A stretch of DNA of 63,281 nucleotides, filler included, from Guillardia theta CCMP2712 (GCF_000315625.1; 5 parts of 5 records of this genome joined end to end with filler, not necessarily neighbours in it), one strand, 5' to 3'. Numbered from the whole stretch's first letter, positions 11,608 through 24,738 are shown. The notes: generated by a model from the sequence alone, not told the origin. Translations and numbers: made by a program.

Positions 11608-14600
11608 ATGCCTGCCATTGCGCGAGGAATCTGCCATAGCGACAGACTGATCAAAGGCACCGAGAAAGACTTTGATCAACTGGGGCTAACTCTGGATGCC
11701 AGCGGAAGATATGTTCTGAGATACTCAAAGAATGGTCGGTTCTTTGCTCGCTCGATTTGCAATCACCAGATTCTGTGGGAGAGTGATGTGCGGGTAGAAG
11801 CGGTGGATGTAGAAGAGATTGTGAAGGCGATGACGGAACAGAAACAGGCGATTCACATCAACACGGCAACGCATGGGACGAAGGATGGAAAGTTCTCCTG
11901 GGATATGATAGACCCGATCGAGTTTTATTACGAAGACGTCAAAATGGTTGAGGCCATGGAAAGAGATAGCCAAGTTTCCATACACAGGGTGACGTCTCAG
12001 AGCCCGCCGTTTGCTCCGCTCAATGCAAATGTGATAATAAACGCCTGGTGCTATAGTCATCAGTACGACTTTGCTAGCAAGGTTGACCCTGCAACAGGAA
12101 AGATAAAAAGCATATGGTGGGATGACATTCCAAAGCTCTTCCGCCAAAACCTTAGGGTGACGGCCAATGACGACAGCGTATACGATGCTCTGGAAGGATA
12201 TGTCGAAAACAAATGTTCTGCAAGTGATCCTGAAATATATGAGCGAAGTGGGAGGCCTTCCAGTGAGGTCCTTGAGGAATTTTTGGAGAGCGATGAAAAA
12301 CAAGTGTTACTTCTTCTGGGAAATGCAGGAGCAGGCAAGTCGACACTTGCAAAGCGATGGGCAATCATGCTGGGGGGCAGATGGAAGGGGACGACGCAGA
12401 CCTGGTATCCGGTCTTCCTTCATCTTCCGAGCTGCTCTAGTGTGAAGAAATATTTCAAAGAAGTGATCGGTTGTCAGTTCTTGGAGTCTGATTGGAACAC
12501 ATGGATGAGTAGCATTTCACTTTTCTTTGTGCTTGACGCATTCGACGAGATGTCGATCAAGGACAACGTGGTTGAACAAATCTTCAAGGAAGTAAAGTTG
12601 TGCAAACGATGCAAGGCAGTCGTGACGTGTCGAAGTGACTTGCTGAGGGGGAATAGCCGAGCGGAGAGTTTGTTTTGGCCACAGTCGAAAGGTGGGAAGC
12701 ACGATCTGGAGATTGTCTGGTTGTGTCCTCTCAGCTTGTCCGACAAGAATCAACTAGATCAGTACATTGAGCGTCACGCTGCTAAGAGCATCGACAGCTG
12801 GAGCAAAGAAAAGTTTCAGCAGACCTTTGAACTCAAGCCCGAACTTTTGACTGTCGTCAACACACCATACGCGTTGAAGATTTGTCTCGAGATCCTTCCT
12901 AGTATTTTGGACGCCGAACCTCAGAAACACCTTTCTCAATCCATGATATTTCAAGGATACATAGAAGACTGGTTTAGGCGCGAATGGCATAAGCTGAAAG
13001 AATTCGACTTTCTCACGAACCAACGACGCATAACAGGCATGGACGATATGAACTATTTCAGGAAATATTGGGATGCGGCACAAGCTTTGGCGGTTCATAT
13101 GCAAAGAAAAGGCTGTTCGCAACTAACGATTTTTGACAAAGACTGCAACGAATCCCTGGCAAGAAACTCCTTCTGCTTGTCTTTGAGTGAACCCCAGGAG
13201 AAGCAGCTGGGTCTTTATATTCTGAAAGGTTGTCTAGTACAAATAAGGAAGGCATCATCGAACAAAGAAGATACTAGAGAAATCAGTTTCGTCCATGACA
13301 TCTTTCGAAGTTTCTTCCTTGCCAGCTCAATTATGGAAGAGCTCAAAGAGTTGAAAGATTGTGATACCGGGAGCATTCTCGGTCTGCGTATGCTGAACGA
13401 GGATACAGAAACGATCAAGCGTTGTGCTGAACTGTTGACTACCAATGTTGACTGCAAAAAGCGATTGTTCGATATTATAGAAGCTTCGAGACTCCGCTCA
13501 GATTCATTTTCTATCACAGCTTCAGCTAACGCAGCTTCCATCTTGACGGCAGCTCGCGTGCCATTCTCGGGCTTAGACCTTCACGGTGTTCGAATCCCAG
13601 GAGCAGTACTGAGGAATGGAATCTTCCATCGAACCAACTTGAGCAGAGCAGACCTATCCCGTGTGAATGCAGCTCATGCATACTTGTATGAGACTCGACT
13701 GGAACAAGCTCAGCTGAAAGATGCCTACTTTGGCGAGGAAACAATACTGGAATCCCTCGACAGCAATCGAAAGATTCGTTGCGGAAGACTTGGGCCTCTT
13801 GGCAAGCATTGTGCTCTAGCTTATCATGATGGCAGAGTGGATATATGGGACTTAGAACTGAAAACGCTCCGTCACAGCTTCTATCCACAAGTTAGAGACA
13901 TCGTTTTCATGTGTTTTGGGCCTGATGAGAAGACGCTGGCTTTAGAACTTCGCGACTCGTTGGTTGAAGTTTGGGAAGTAGAGACTGGAGAGCTGTTGAG
14001 AAGTTTTCCGGTACAAGGAGCAGAGATTCAAATGATGAGTCTAGGTGATGGCAAGAAAACGTTGACGCTTCACGTTCAAAGCCTTGTTGTGACGCAACTG
14101 GATGTAGTAAATGGGAAGGTCCGTTATGAGATGGCAGTGCCAAGAGGTAGGTTTACGAAGAGATGGTTCGCCATGGACGGGAAGACTTTCTTTCTTTTGA
14201 TGGACGATGGCACTATGGAAGCTTGGGATGTGCAGACAGGGGAAATTCGTTACACGGTTGGTGATGTTGTGGATTTTGATGTTGGCAAGGAAAAAATAGC
14301 TGCGATATTGATTACTTGGGAAGTGAAAGTTTGGGACATCAAGACCGGGCAACCTCTCCATACGATATTGCCGACATCGATGCCTACTGTTAGACCCGAC
14401 TGGAAATACAACTTGCTTTTGGCACCAAATGGAAATACTCTGTTTCTCTTCACTTTGTCTGGGATGCAAGAAATAATGCAAGTGTGGGACGTAGAGACTG
14501 GCGAGATTCGAGGTACCATCAGAACAGCAGATGGAAGCATCGCCGACAAGTTGAGCATCAGTGAGGATGGGAGGACTGTCGCATTTAGAGTCAAAGATGG

Positions 14601-16790
14601 CGGAATAGAAGTGAGAGACGTCGAGTCAGGGGAGCTGCGCCAAATGATAAAGCCACAAGGTGAGGAGATGAAAAGTTTTCAAGTATCTCCTGACGGGACC
14701 GCCCTTCTCTTGCACATGTCAAATGGAAGTATAAAAGTTTGGGACATAAGTAGTGCAATGCTCTGCACTAGTTTTGAATCAGAGGATCGACCAATATCGC
14801 AGTTTTGTTTTCAGTGGGACATTCACGCCGTTGCGTTGCTTTCGGGTAACGTTGTAGAGGTTAGAGACATAAGGACTGGGTCGCTTTCTCGTGCATATCA
14901 CTTGCAGGACGCTATGGATGATGTAGGAGAGTTGAAGTCGGGCACCGATGGATTGATCTTCTGGATTGACAACGTCAATGATCGGCTAGAAGTTTTGGAC
15001 ATCAAGACCGGCGACCTCCATGAGGCACAACTCGATTATGTTTCTGATATAGCACTTGGGTGCAATGGGAGATTTATTGCGTTTAGTTTTGAAGATGGAA
15101 AGATACAAGTGTGGGACGTAGAGACTGCCGAGATTCGAGGTACCATCAGAACAGCAGATGGAGGCATCGCCGACAAGTTGAGCATCAGTGAGGATGGGAG
15201 GACTGTCGCATTTGAAGTCGAAGATGGCGGAATAGAAGTGAGAGACGTCGAATCAGGGGAGCTGCGCCAAATGATAAAGCCACAAGGACAGAAGATCATT
15301 GATATCAAATTTGGACCTCAAGAGAAGTTCTTAGCTTTGAGATCAAACACTGGCAGATTGGAACTTTGGAATGTTGAAACAGGGCAATATCTCAAAGAAT
15401 TGAAAGGAGACTCCGTCCACATCGACGTAGTTTTTGTCGATGGTTCCATCCTGGCATTATCACCGCAGGGGAGAGTAGAAAAGCAAGATTTTCAAACAGG
15501 TCCGCGCCTTCAGACCCTTTCAGAGCAGGGAAGCTCGGTGATCAATGCAATTTTCAGTCCAAATGAAAAGTTTCTTGCTCTATTGCGTGGTGATGATCGT
15601 CAATTGATTGAGGTGTGGGACATCGAAAATGAACAACTTCTGCATCCTCAATCTATTCAAGTAAGTAATGACGATAAAGCAAAGTTGGAATTTGGACCGA
15701 ACGGAGATACAATATTGTGGAGTTTCTTCAATGGGACCCAATTTGTCACAGAAGTTTTTGATACGAAGACAAGGAGGGTTCATCGTACGGGTGTTGCACA
15801 AGACGTTGTGAATGTTCAGGTGAAGAAGGCCATATCTCAACCCATACATGGGAAAATTACATTAGCATATGATGGCAAGAGTATGTGGAGGGTAAATGAG
15901 ACGAGTGAGGACATTGTAGCTGTGTTAGAGAGGCATGCTGCAGCATGTATTAGACATGCTAATGACACTTCATCAGCAGAAGCGAGCGAGCAAGTATCCA
16001 AGGAGCAGACGTTGCCAATCCCGATCCTCCATATGGAAAATCCAAGGAGTCCTTTCAATATCTCTCAGTTCCACGACAGACAGTGAAACTCGCACACTTC
16101 TCGCCAGATCAGAACTCAATCATCTTGCGGCTTTACGACAGAAGCGTCGAAGTTTGGGACTCGAAAGAGCTGAAGCTTCGATATGCCATCAAACCTCAGG
16201 GAGAATGGTTGGTTGCAAACCTGTGGTTTCGTCAAGAGAGCAACAAGCTGGTGTTAATCATGGCTGATGGGAAGGTGGAGGTGAGGGACCTCGGTACAGG
16301 GAAACTTCAGCACATTCTCTGTCCGTTGGCAGGAGGAGAAACCGAAGATTTGCCAAGAACGCCTCTCAATCTGAGTCCTGGGCATGACGGACAAACCATT
16401 TTGATCCAAGGAGAGAAGATCGGGTTAGAGGTTTGGGACATTCAGACAGGAACCCGCCGGCAGGTGCTCGAGGCGCACGATGAAGACTTGATCAGGGACT
16501 TTTGGGTTGGACCTCAGAAATTTCTTCTTACCTCCTCTCTGGATGGCTTCCTGAAGGTTTGGAGGTACTGCGACGACGGGTACTTCCTGCTGAGTTTCGA
16601 TCTCAGTCATCGAGAAAGGTCCCTGGTCTGCAAGGGAGCATCGGTCAGTGAAGACATGATCTCGGAGTCGCAGAAGCGTCTCCTCAAAAGCAAGCAGGCA
16701 ATCATCAAACCTAACAGATGGCTCAATGTTCCTACTGCTTGGGCTGGACCTGTGAACAAGATTCGTAGTCTCCTAGGCTGGCTTGATTAG
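11608..16790 (+). CDS. NLR-like STAND protein: Tox-HDC-like N-terminal domain + NACHT NTPase + pentapeptide repeats + WD40 propellers (continues in ORF 16083-16790 via a frameshift or unresolved intron)
   Basis: Walker A GNAGAGKST (12319), Walker B FVLDAFDEM, sensor VVTCR, NTPYAL and winged-helix FVHDIFRSFF are present. ASANAASIL...FSGLDLHGVRIPGA leads into pentapeptides (TNLSRADLSRVN), then many ...VEVWDVETG WD40 repeats. Confidence 0.9.
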
Positions 16791-16893
16791 TAACAACATA
16801 GTGAATTCAGATTGAATGAATGATTCGATACGGTTTGCTTGATTAGTAACAACACAGTGAATTCAGATTGAATGAATGATTCGATACGGTTTC
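16781..16893 (+). repeat. ~56-bp tandem duplication spanning the NLR stop codon
   Basis: TTGATTAGTAACAACA(T/C)AGTGAATTCAGATTGAATGAATGATTCGATACGGTTT occurs twice. Confidence 0.9.
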
Positions 16894-17040
16894 ATGTGCT
16901 TGTAATGCTGCCAGCGTTGCTCTATCATCTATCACAATTGTGCAATTTTGCGCCATCGTTGTGGCATTCTAGCGTAGACAAAGAATAGCTGTATGTTGAC
17001 AAAATGTGCGATGAATTGACCTACCATTGATCTCTCAGCG

Positions 17041-17170
17041 ATGGCAAGTAGATCAGATCTGTCAGCCATGGCAAGTAGATCAGATCTGTCAGCCATGACA
17101 AGTAGATCAGATCTGTCAGCCATGGCAAGTAGATCAGATCTGTCAGCCATGGCAAGTAGATCAGATCTCT
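17041..17170. repeat. 27-bp minisatellite (ATGGCAAGTAGATCAGATCTGTCAGCC), about 5 copies
   Basis: Directly visible. Confidence 0.95.
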
Positions 17171-17708
17171 GAATCTGTCTTGACACACCTGATGGAAGGC
17201 TGGAATGGGAGAGGATGGCAAAGAAGGAGATACAAGGAGGGAGGAGGCACACGAGCAACAACCGTGAGGGGTTTGTGAAGAAACAGGATGTGGCAAAGAC
17301 TCGATGATTGTTCTATCTCTCTCGGCAACTGTGTTGATTGGATGCAACTGTGTTGATTGGAAGCGGACTAGGTTGCAGCATCAGGAGAGCCTTCGCCGTA
17401 CTGAGCAACATGAATGTGACTGGCGACTGGAGGATGAATTACATCTGATCGAAACATGGAAAAATTGACGGAAACATCGCATCAGCTCTACTGTCAGTGC
17501 TCAACCAACCCTCTCCCGGCAGACTCAACTTGCAAACTTTGCAATGAGCATCCAAGATGTCAAGCGGGTACCGCCGACGCACTCTCGCCTCTCTTAGCAA
17601 GCCTCTTATCCTTCATGTCTCACAGCATTTGTCACTGAGATGAACGCAGATGCTTTATCAACCCTATGATATCTGCATCCTCTTTGAAATTCGACATCAG
17701 AGAGATTG

Positions 17709-17797
17709 AATGTATCTACAATCATGGAGATATGAAGAATGTTTGATCTAGAATGTATCTACAATCATGGAGATATGAAGAATGTTTGATCTAGAAT
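17709..17797. repeat. ~42-bp tandem duplication
   Basis: AATGTATCTACAATCATGGAGATATGAAGAATGTTTGATCTAG occurs twice. Confidence 0.85.
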
Positions 17798-18134
17798 CTG
17801 AGCACCTGCAACTTTGTTGGCCCTCTCCCTTCCACATCGATGAGCTTGAAAAGCTTCTCGCCACACCACCAAGTTGTAAACATGGAGAACTCTAGCACTG
17901 ATCGCAGCGCTGCATTGGACGAGGAGGATCGCATCAACCTTCTCGTCAAGGTGCAAGGATCCAACAAGAAGAGAGCAAGGGGAGAGTACGAAGCATCCAA
18001 GGTTATGTTCAGCGGAGCCCCAGGGTAAAGCCCATATTACAGCTTAAAACATCTTAAAGATGTTCAACTAACCTAAACCATTCTCCACTGCTCCCTCCAG
18101 CCCCTACGGCACTGCCCTCACTGAGGACTCTGTC

Positions 18135-18177
<43 letters not shown>

Positions 18178-18798
18178 GTGTCTCTCCCTCTCCCTGCCCC
18201 CCGGCTGAAGTCTCCCACTACTCTGACTGTATCAGGTCCTGTGGATTTGTTTCTCTCTAGTGCATGCTCGGCCGGCCCATTCTGTGCGCCGCTCGATGGT
18301 CGAGGCCATGCGCATGCAGTAGCAGCTGCCTCTGACGACTTGAGTTGCAGAAGAAGTCGTCGCCGTCCTCATGCGGCTGCCGTCGCTACATCCGCGCGTC
18401 TGCTGCGCATTCGCATCACTGCCATGGAGACATTCATTGCGGGTTGTCGGGGAGATCTCGTTCCGTTATTTTGGAACCGTCAGACACGCAAGCCATGGCG
18501 GAGGTGAGGGGAGCGTGAGGGAGGTGGAGGCGGGGAGGGGAGGAGGAGAGCGACGGATCTTGCGAGGTCGCCATGCATCTGACATGAACATCCGGACACG
18601 ATCCTAGCCGTGCCGAGCTTGCGTTCCTAGATGCTGCCCCTGCATTGACACCGACCCCCCCCCCCGCCCCCCGAGATGCTTCGATAGGAGGCATGCTGTT
18701 ATCATTGCGGGGGGAGGGAGGAGGTAGAGGCTGCTGAGTGATGCTGTGTGACATGCATGAGGTTTCATCCCGTAGATCGTGCGCCCTGCCCTCTTGAC

Positions 18799-19807
18799 AT
18801 GTCTGACAATCGGTTCCAGCTCAGGAGCAGGAGCAAGCGCAGCAAGGATCCGGGGGATTCCGTCGCCCGACCGGACGGGGACGATGGCAAGGACAAGAAT
18901 GTCAAGGACGAGAGCAACAGGGAAGTATTTCCTGTGTACGAGAACTCTCCCGCAACGACAACAGCAGGGATATTCGTGATAGCAGCCGTCTTCTCAGTCT
19001 ATGTCGCGACCATGTACCCTACGGTCCCAGGGGGCGACAGCGGGGAGTTGATAGTGGCAGGGTGTACAGCAGGGCTAGCGCACCCCCCTGGTTATCCTCT
19101 CTTCACCATGCTGGCGATCCTGTTCCACAACATTCCGTTCGGCTCGCCGGCATGGCGGGTTAACTTGCTCTCCGTCTTCCTGTCGACCGGCTGCGCATGG
19201 TTCCAGTTCCACTCGGTTGTGCTGTGGGAGGAATCCCTATCGAAGGACAGAGGAGGGAAAGGAGGGAGGAGGATGTGGGAGTGGACAGTGAGCGTGTGGG
19301 CAGGCGTGCTGACGTCCCTGCTCATGGCGTTCTGCCCTCTGCTGTGGATGTACTCGATCCAGGCTGAAGTGTTCGCCATGAACAACTTCTTCGTTTCCCT
19401 CTTCCTCTACCTCACAGTGAGGTTCTACATCTTCCGTGAGACCAGGATCGCATTCCTGGGATCGTTGGCCATAGGGCTCGGGCTCAGCAACCAGCACACT
19501 CTGATCTTCTACGCCCTCCCCCTGGTCCTCTTCGTGTTCATCACAGGGTTCAGCGTCCTCTGCTCTCCCAAGAACCTCCTCATCCTCGTTGCCTCCGGTC
19601 TTGTCGGTAGATTTATGAGGATGTGCAGGTTGGGAGATTGAGCATATTGAGCAGGCCTCTCCCCCTACGTGTACCTCCCCCTTGCCGGACGGCAAGCAGC
19701 CTTCGGAGCCTGGGGGGAGCTGGATACTGTGGATGGGTTTCTAACTCATTTCCTTCGAAAGGAGGTGAGATGAAGACGGGAGATGCAGTTCTGAAGCATT
19801 GGAGGAT

Positions 19808-19874
<67 letters not shown>

Positions 19875-20072
19875 CATAACATGAAGACGGGCATAGACAA
19901 AGGAAGGTAGGGTAGAAATGGAGGGGAAAAGAACATGTCGGGATCAGGATCTTGAAGCGGACGCGACACAGTGTGTTGTTTTGATACGGCGGGATCAAAG
20001 ACTCAAAGATTTCTCCGTGAGAACGAGGGGCTGATGCTAAGCAGGAGAAGGAGGAGAAGGATAAGAAGGAGA

Positions 20073-20110
<38 letters not shown>

Positions 20111-20684
20111 AAGCAGGAGCAGGAGCAGGTGCAGGAGAAGAAGCAGGAGGAGCAGGTGCAGGAGCTGCTCTCTTGTTCTCACGGCAATTCTTTTCCTAGT
20201 ACGGAACATTCAGACTGTACTCAGGAAACGAGAATTCAAAGGTACGTTTGTGGAACAGAGGAGGAGGGAAGGGGGTGGAGGGAAATCCGAGTAATGTCGT
20301 GTTTGGGGCTCTTTCCTTCTTTCCTTCCTTCTCTCCCCTCCTGTCCTATCTCCTCCTCTCCCCTTTGTCCTCCTTCTCTCCGCGTCTCTCCTCTCCCACC
20401 ATGATCATCGGCTAACGCACCATCATCATCGTCAGATAGGTGAACAGCTCTGGGAAGCTCTCTTCCTGTACGTCAAGAACTTCACCTTCGAGTCGACCCT
20501 CGTCATCGGACCTTTCTTCTTCGCCGTCGGTCTGTCGCGCGTCGTCGTCGACTGTTTCTCCTCGCGCAGGTCCCAGCAGCCCTCCCTCTTCCCTCCTCCC
20601 TCCTCCCTCTTGCGCACCCTCGACTCCTCCTTCCGCTTGACAGCTGCTGGTGGTGGTCACAATTCCTGTCTTCTCCTTCTTCTA

Positions 20685-20757
<73 letters not shown>

Positions 20758-21114
20758 TTTATCATCGTCGTCATCATCATCTCAATCATCATCATCGTCT
20801 ACATCACCATCATCATCGTCATCATCATCATCATCTCTTTTTCTCTATCTCACATCAGCCTCAGGCTCAACACCGCTGGATTTGCCTTCACATGCAGCTT
20901 CATCTTCTACATGGGTAACAGCGAGCATGTTTGCACGGCGGCTGACGTTTTCCAGTTGTCTTTCACTGTCTCTCCAACCTTCCTCTTGACCAGCCCCTCT
21001 ACTTCGGAGTCCACATGCGGTTTTGGATGCAAGGGCATATCATTGCCTTCATGCTCCTTGGTGTGGGTGCCGCGAAGATCTGGAGGTTTGTAGGTGAGGT
21101 GAAGGAGGAAAATG

Positions 21115-21154
<40 letters not shown>

Positions 21155-21426
21155 ATACATGCCTGCCCGCATCTGCTCCTGAACCTGCACCCTCATCTGT
21201 GCTTTCCCTTGCATGTTCACCTGCTCTTCCCTCTCTCGCTTCCTCTCACTCCTGCGCTGGCCCCTTCCTGCAGCTCCCACACAAGAGAAGTTGAAGGTCG
21301 GTGGTAACGACCATGTCTAGGATCCATGAGGAACGTGGCAGCAGCGATCACTACCATCGCCCTGTGTGGGCTACAAGTAAGAAGTTCTGCTCGATCGTCT
21401 CCTCCCCTCGCCCTCGCCCTCGCCCT

Positions 21427-21463
<37 letters not shown>

Positions 21464-21770
21464 CCTCCTCCTCTTTGTGTACGCGTGCGCCTCTCGTTTC
21501 TCATCAACGTATCTGCTACTCCAGCTGATCTGATCAACCAGGTTGGGCTGCATTACCGTGCGATGGATCAAAGTCAAAATCGGTTTGTGTATCGTTATGG
21601 GTTGATGCACATTGAGAACCTGCCAAAGAATGCGATCCTGATTGTCAAGGTGAGAGGTTTTGAATGAGAAGGATTAATGGGATAGAGTTGTTGATGTTGA
21701 TGATGATAATGATGATGATTGAGATGATGATTGAGATGATGATTGAGATGATGATTGAGATGATGATTGA

Positions 21771-21832
<62 letters not shown>

Positions 21833-22242
21833 CGATGGAAGTAACGGTGCAGATGGTAATGAAGATCGCAATGGAGCTGATGATTGAGATGATGACGATG
21901 ATGTTTGTTGGGATATCACGAGAGTGTCACTGGCTGAGCTTCTGACCTTTTCAAATCAGGGTGACGTCATTACGAACTCCATCCGATACCTTCAGGTTTG
22001 CAACACAAACACGAATACATCTGTTTCATTGCAAACGCTGAGTTGCAGTGTTGATGAGAAAAACGAATGATGATGATTGAGATAATGATGACCATCAAAT
22101 GTTCATGCTCGATTATTGTTTTAAGGATATTCCCGATCGTGCCATCTCACAAACATGTTTGTAGCGATGTGAAGGGTTTCGTCCGGACGTTCAACATCTG
22201 GACCAGTCGATGATGACATACGAATGGTTTGTCAAGAAGCAG
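18799..22242 (+). CDS. TMEM260: TMEM260/DUF2723-family GT-C membrane glycosyltransferase (protein O-mannosyltransferase-like), multi-exon, 3' part lost in gap
   Basis: Signature YPTVPGGDSGELIVAG...LAHPPGYPLFTML, then AEVFAMNN and GLSNQHT. Later exons read SWGELDTVDGFLTHFLRKE, RFWMQGHI, HYRAMDQSQN...LPKNAILIVK|GDVITNSIRYLQ and DQSMMTYEWF. Confidence 0.88.
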
Positions 22243-22541
22243 GTAATGTAACATGTGATTGTTTACATCTAACATCATCGAACACTCGAACACCTGAAAT
22301 TTAATACCCAAACACAAACCTTCTACCTTGCAACAATAACATCTCACTCATACCAACCACCTAACCACCAAATCATCTCTTCACGGATCGTCTTCTTCAT
22401 CTCCNNNNNNNNNNNNNNNNNNNNNNNNNNNNNNNNNNNNNNNNNNNNTTAATTAATTAANNNNNNNNNNNNNNNNNNNNNNNNNNNNNNNNNNNNNNNN
22501 NNNNGCAGGAGGAGGAGCAGCACCAGCACCAGCACCAGCAC

Positions 22542-22585
<44 letters not shown>

Positions 22586-22658
22586 CCAGCAGCACCAGCA
22601 CCAGCAGCAGCAGCAGGGAGGAGGAGGAGGAGGAGGAGGAGCAGCAGCAGCAGCAGCA

Positions 22659-22713
<55 letters not shown>

Positions 22714-22864
22714 GAGGAGTTTTCGGGATCAGGTTTGAACTTCTTCACTTGAATGTTCGGGAGGTCCGTCGGGTTGGTAAACTTAGACAAGGGGGTGGGG
22801 GTGGGGGTATGAGGGGTACATGGGAGTAAAATGAAGGGGTAGAGTGAGGGGTAAATGGGGGTCT

Positions 22865-23189
22865 AGGCCCGATCATGTGAACCATCTCTGAGGCGGATTA
22901 TCCCACTGACGGTCCGGTCCGGAACCGTCCGGTCCGGCGGAGTCCGGGCCCACCGGGACCGGGGGCGGCCCGGCCGGGATTGACCGGGCCCGGCACTGGC
23001 CCCGGCCCCCCCGGCGCGGCGCGGCGAGTCGGCCGACTCCATGTGACACGGTGCGGGCAGGCCAAGGAAAGTCCGAGCTGAGGCGCAGTGCATACCAGGG
23101 CCTCAAAGTCACTGAGTGACTCGGCATACCGGGCCTGACAGTACGGTCACGGAGGCTCCCGGCCGAGTCCGGGTGACTGGTACTCCGGC
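22865..23189. other. CCGG-rich island (left part, interrupted by the LTR element; resumes at 24744-24840)
   Basis: Dense CCGG/GAGTC motifs on both sides of the insertion. Confidence 0.6.
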
Positions 23190-23194
23190 GATAT

Positions 23195-24738
23195 TGATAG
23201 AACGTATGCCAGCCGTGCCAGTCAGATAGCGCCGAGTTAACAAAAACTCTCCTGTAAACCAAGACGACTTACGTGGCGAGGCGGCATGTAGCGTCACGGT
23301 GGGACGAAGAGGGGCCCTTTCCTAGCCGTCTTGCTAAGGTCCTCTCATCATGTCTGGATGCTTGGGTTTCACATCCTAGCATACAGTCTATCTTTCATGT
23401 GCTCCTCAATTCTGGTTTTGTGTGCGGCAGTGCATTAAACTCGGTCTTGAGCAAAAACTGTCTTGTTACAACTAAGGTTGATGTGATATCTGCGTGACTT
23501 TGATCTAGTACAAGTCTAACAAACTTGTATTCCGTCGGTTATGAGCCTCGATTACATGCTCAATCATGTTGATCTTATGTTTGGTTAGTTGAATTGTTTA
23601 CTGGAGTTTTTTCTTTCTTGGTATTGTTTTTCGTTACTGTTGAAAATTCATGCAATTCTATCAAGCCTTACACATTCGGATGACTCCTCTCTTCAATCAG
23701 GCTCTCTCTCTAGCCGCAAGTTGTTTAGGTCTCTCATCCCAGCCTCAATTTGTTTGATTGATCTTCGAATAGGAAAAACAAGCCTTCCCCAGCCAGATTG
23801 GTCGGTCGAATATCTGGACTGTGTCAGCCACAGTTGTCGGAGCTAATTCGATTCTTATTTTCTTGATCTTTGAGTAGGATCAAATGGAACTCCCAGGAGA
23901 TCTGGCGGAAGTTTCATGTCATGGAGCTAGGCTGTGGCATGCATAACTGGAGCTACTTCTGGATCGGCGAACAAGGTACAACTGCAAAACATCTTCAAAT
24001 GCCTTGAAACGGATGTTCCAATCTCGCGGCAGCAATCTCTGGTCACAAGTTCTTTACGGTTCAAAAATTTATCTTTTGGTCTTCAAATGCTGGCGAGCAA
24101 ACTTCTCTCGTCTTCTCTTTTATCTTCTCTCTTCTCAGACACTCTTTACTCTATCTCTCTTTATTGCATCCGCTCGCTATGCATCTCCCTTATCTCTTTA
24201 CTGCACACCTAATAGCCCTGCATGAACTTGAATCTTCTTCAGAATGGACAATCTTTGAATGGTTATTGCCTGCTCAGCATAACTTGTGAACTTGACGCAG
24301 ACAGTCTTATCGTATCTCGACTGGGAACTCTGCTGACATTCTCTTGTGTGTGTGACTTTCTGACGTCCGATGTAACGTACTATTTCAGAAACTCGGGGGG
24401 AGGATGGAACGTATGCCAGCCGTGCCAGTCAGATAGCGCCGAGTTAACAAAACTCTCCTGTAAACCAAGACGACTTACGTGGCGAGGCGGCATGTAGCGT
24501 GTGGGACGAAGAGGGGGCTTTCCTAGCCGTCTTGCTAAGGTCCTCTCATCATGTCTGGATGCTTGGGTTTCACATCCTAGCATACAGTCTATCTTTCATG
24601 TGCTCCTCAATTCTGGTTTTGTGTGCGGCAGTGCATTAAACTCGGTCTTGAGCAAAAACTGTCTTGTTACAACTAAGGTTGATGTGATATCTGCGTGACT
24701 TTGGACTAGTACAAGTCTAACAAACTTGTATTCCGTCA
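23195..24738 (+). mobile_element. Non-autonomous Ty1/Copia-type LTR retrotransposon (TRIM-like deletion derivative), 1544 bp
   Basis: Two ~340-bp direct repeats (23195-23536 and ~24402-24738) with TG...CA outer ends. 5-bp TSD GATAT at 23190-23194 and 24739-24743. PBS GGTTATGAGCC follows the 5' LTR and a polypurine tract GGGGGGAGG lies at the 3' LTR boundary. No intact internal ORF. Confidence 0.9.

Noticed and set aside
17840-18507. Short ORFs upstream of TMEM260
   Set aside because: No motifs; they may be UTR or upstream exons but are unsupported.
22449-22460. TTAATTAATTAA motif inside N runs (also near 46836, 57292 and 61336)
   Set aside because: It is identical each time and always centred between N blocks, so it is a scaffolding linker artefact rather than biology.
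19800-22713. Poly-His, poly-Leu, poly-Met, (QE)n and (RS)n ORFs
   Set aside because: These are translations of intronic microsatellites within or after TMEM260.
23287-23470. Shorter TGT...ACA LTR boundary inside the direct repeats
   Set aside because: The TSD, PBS and PPT all support the longer 23195/24738 boundaries.
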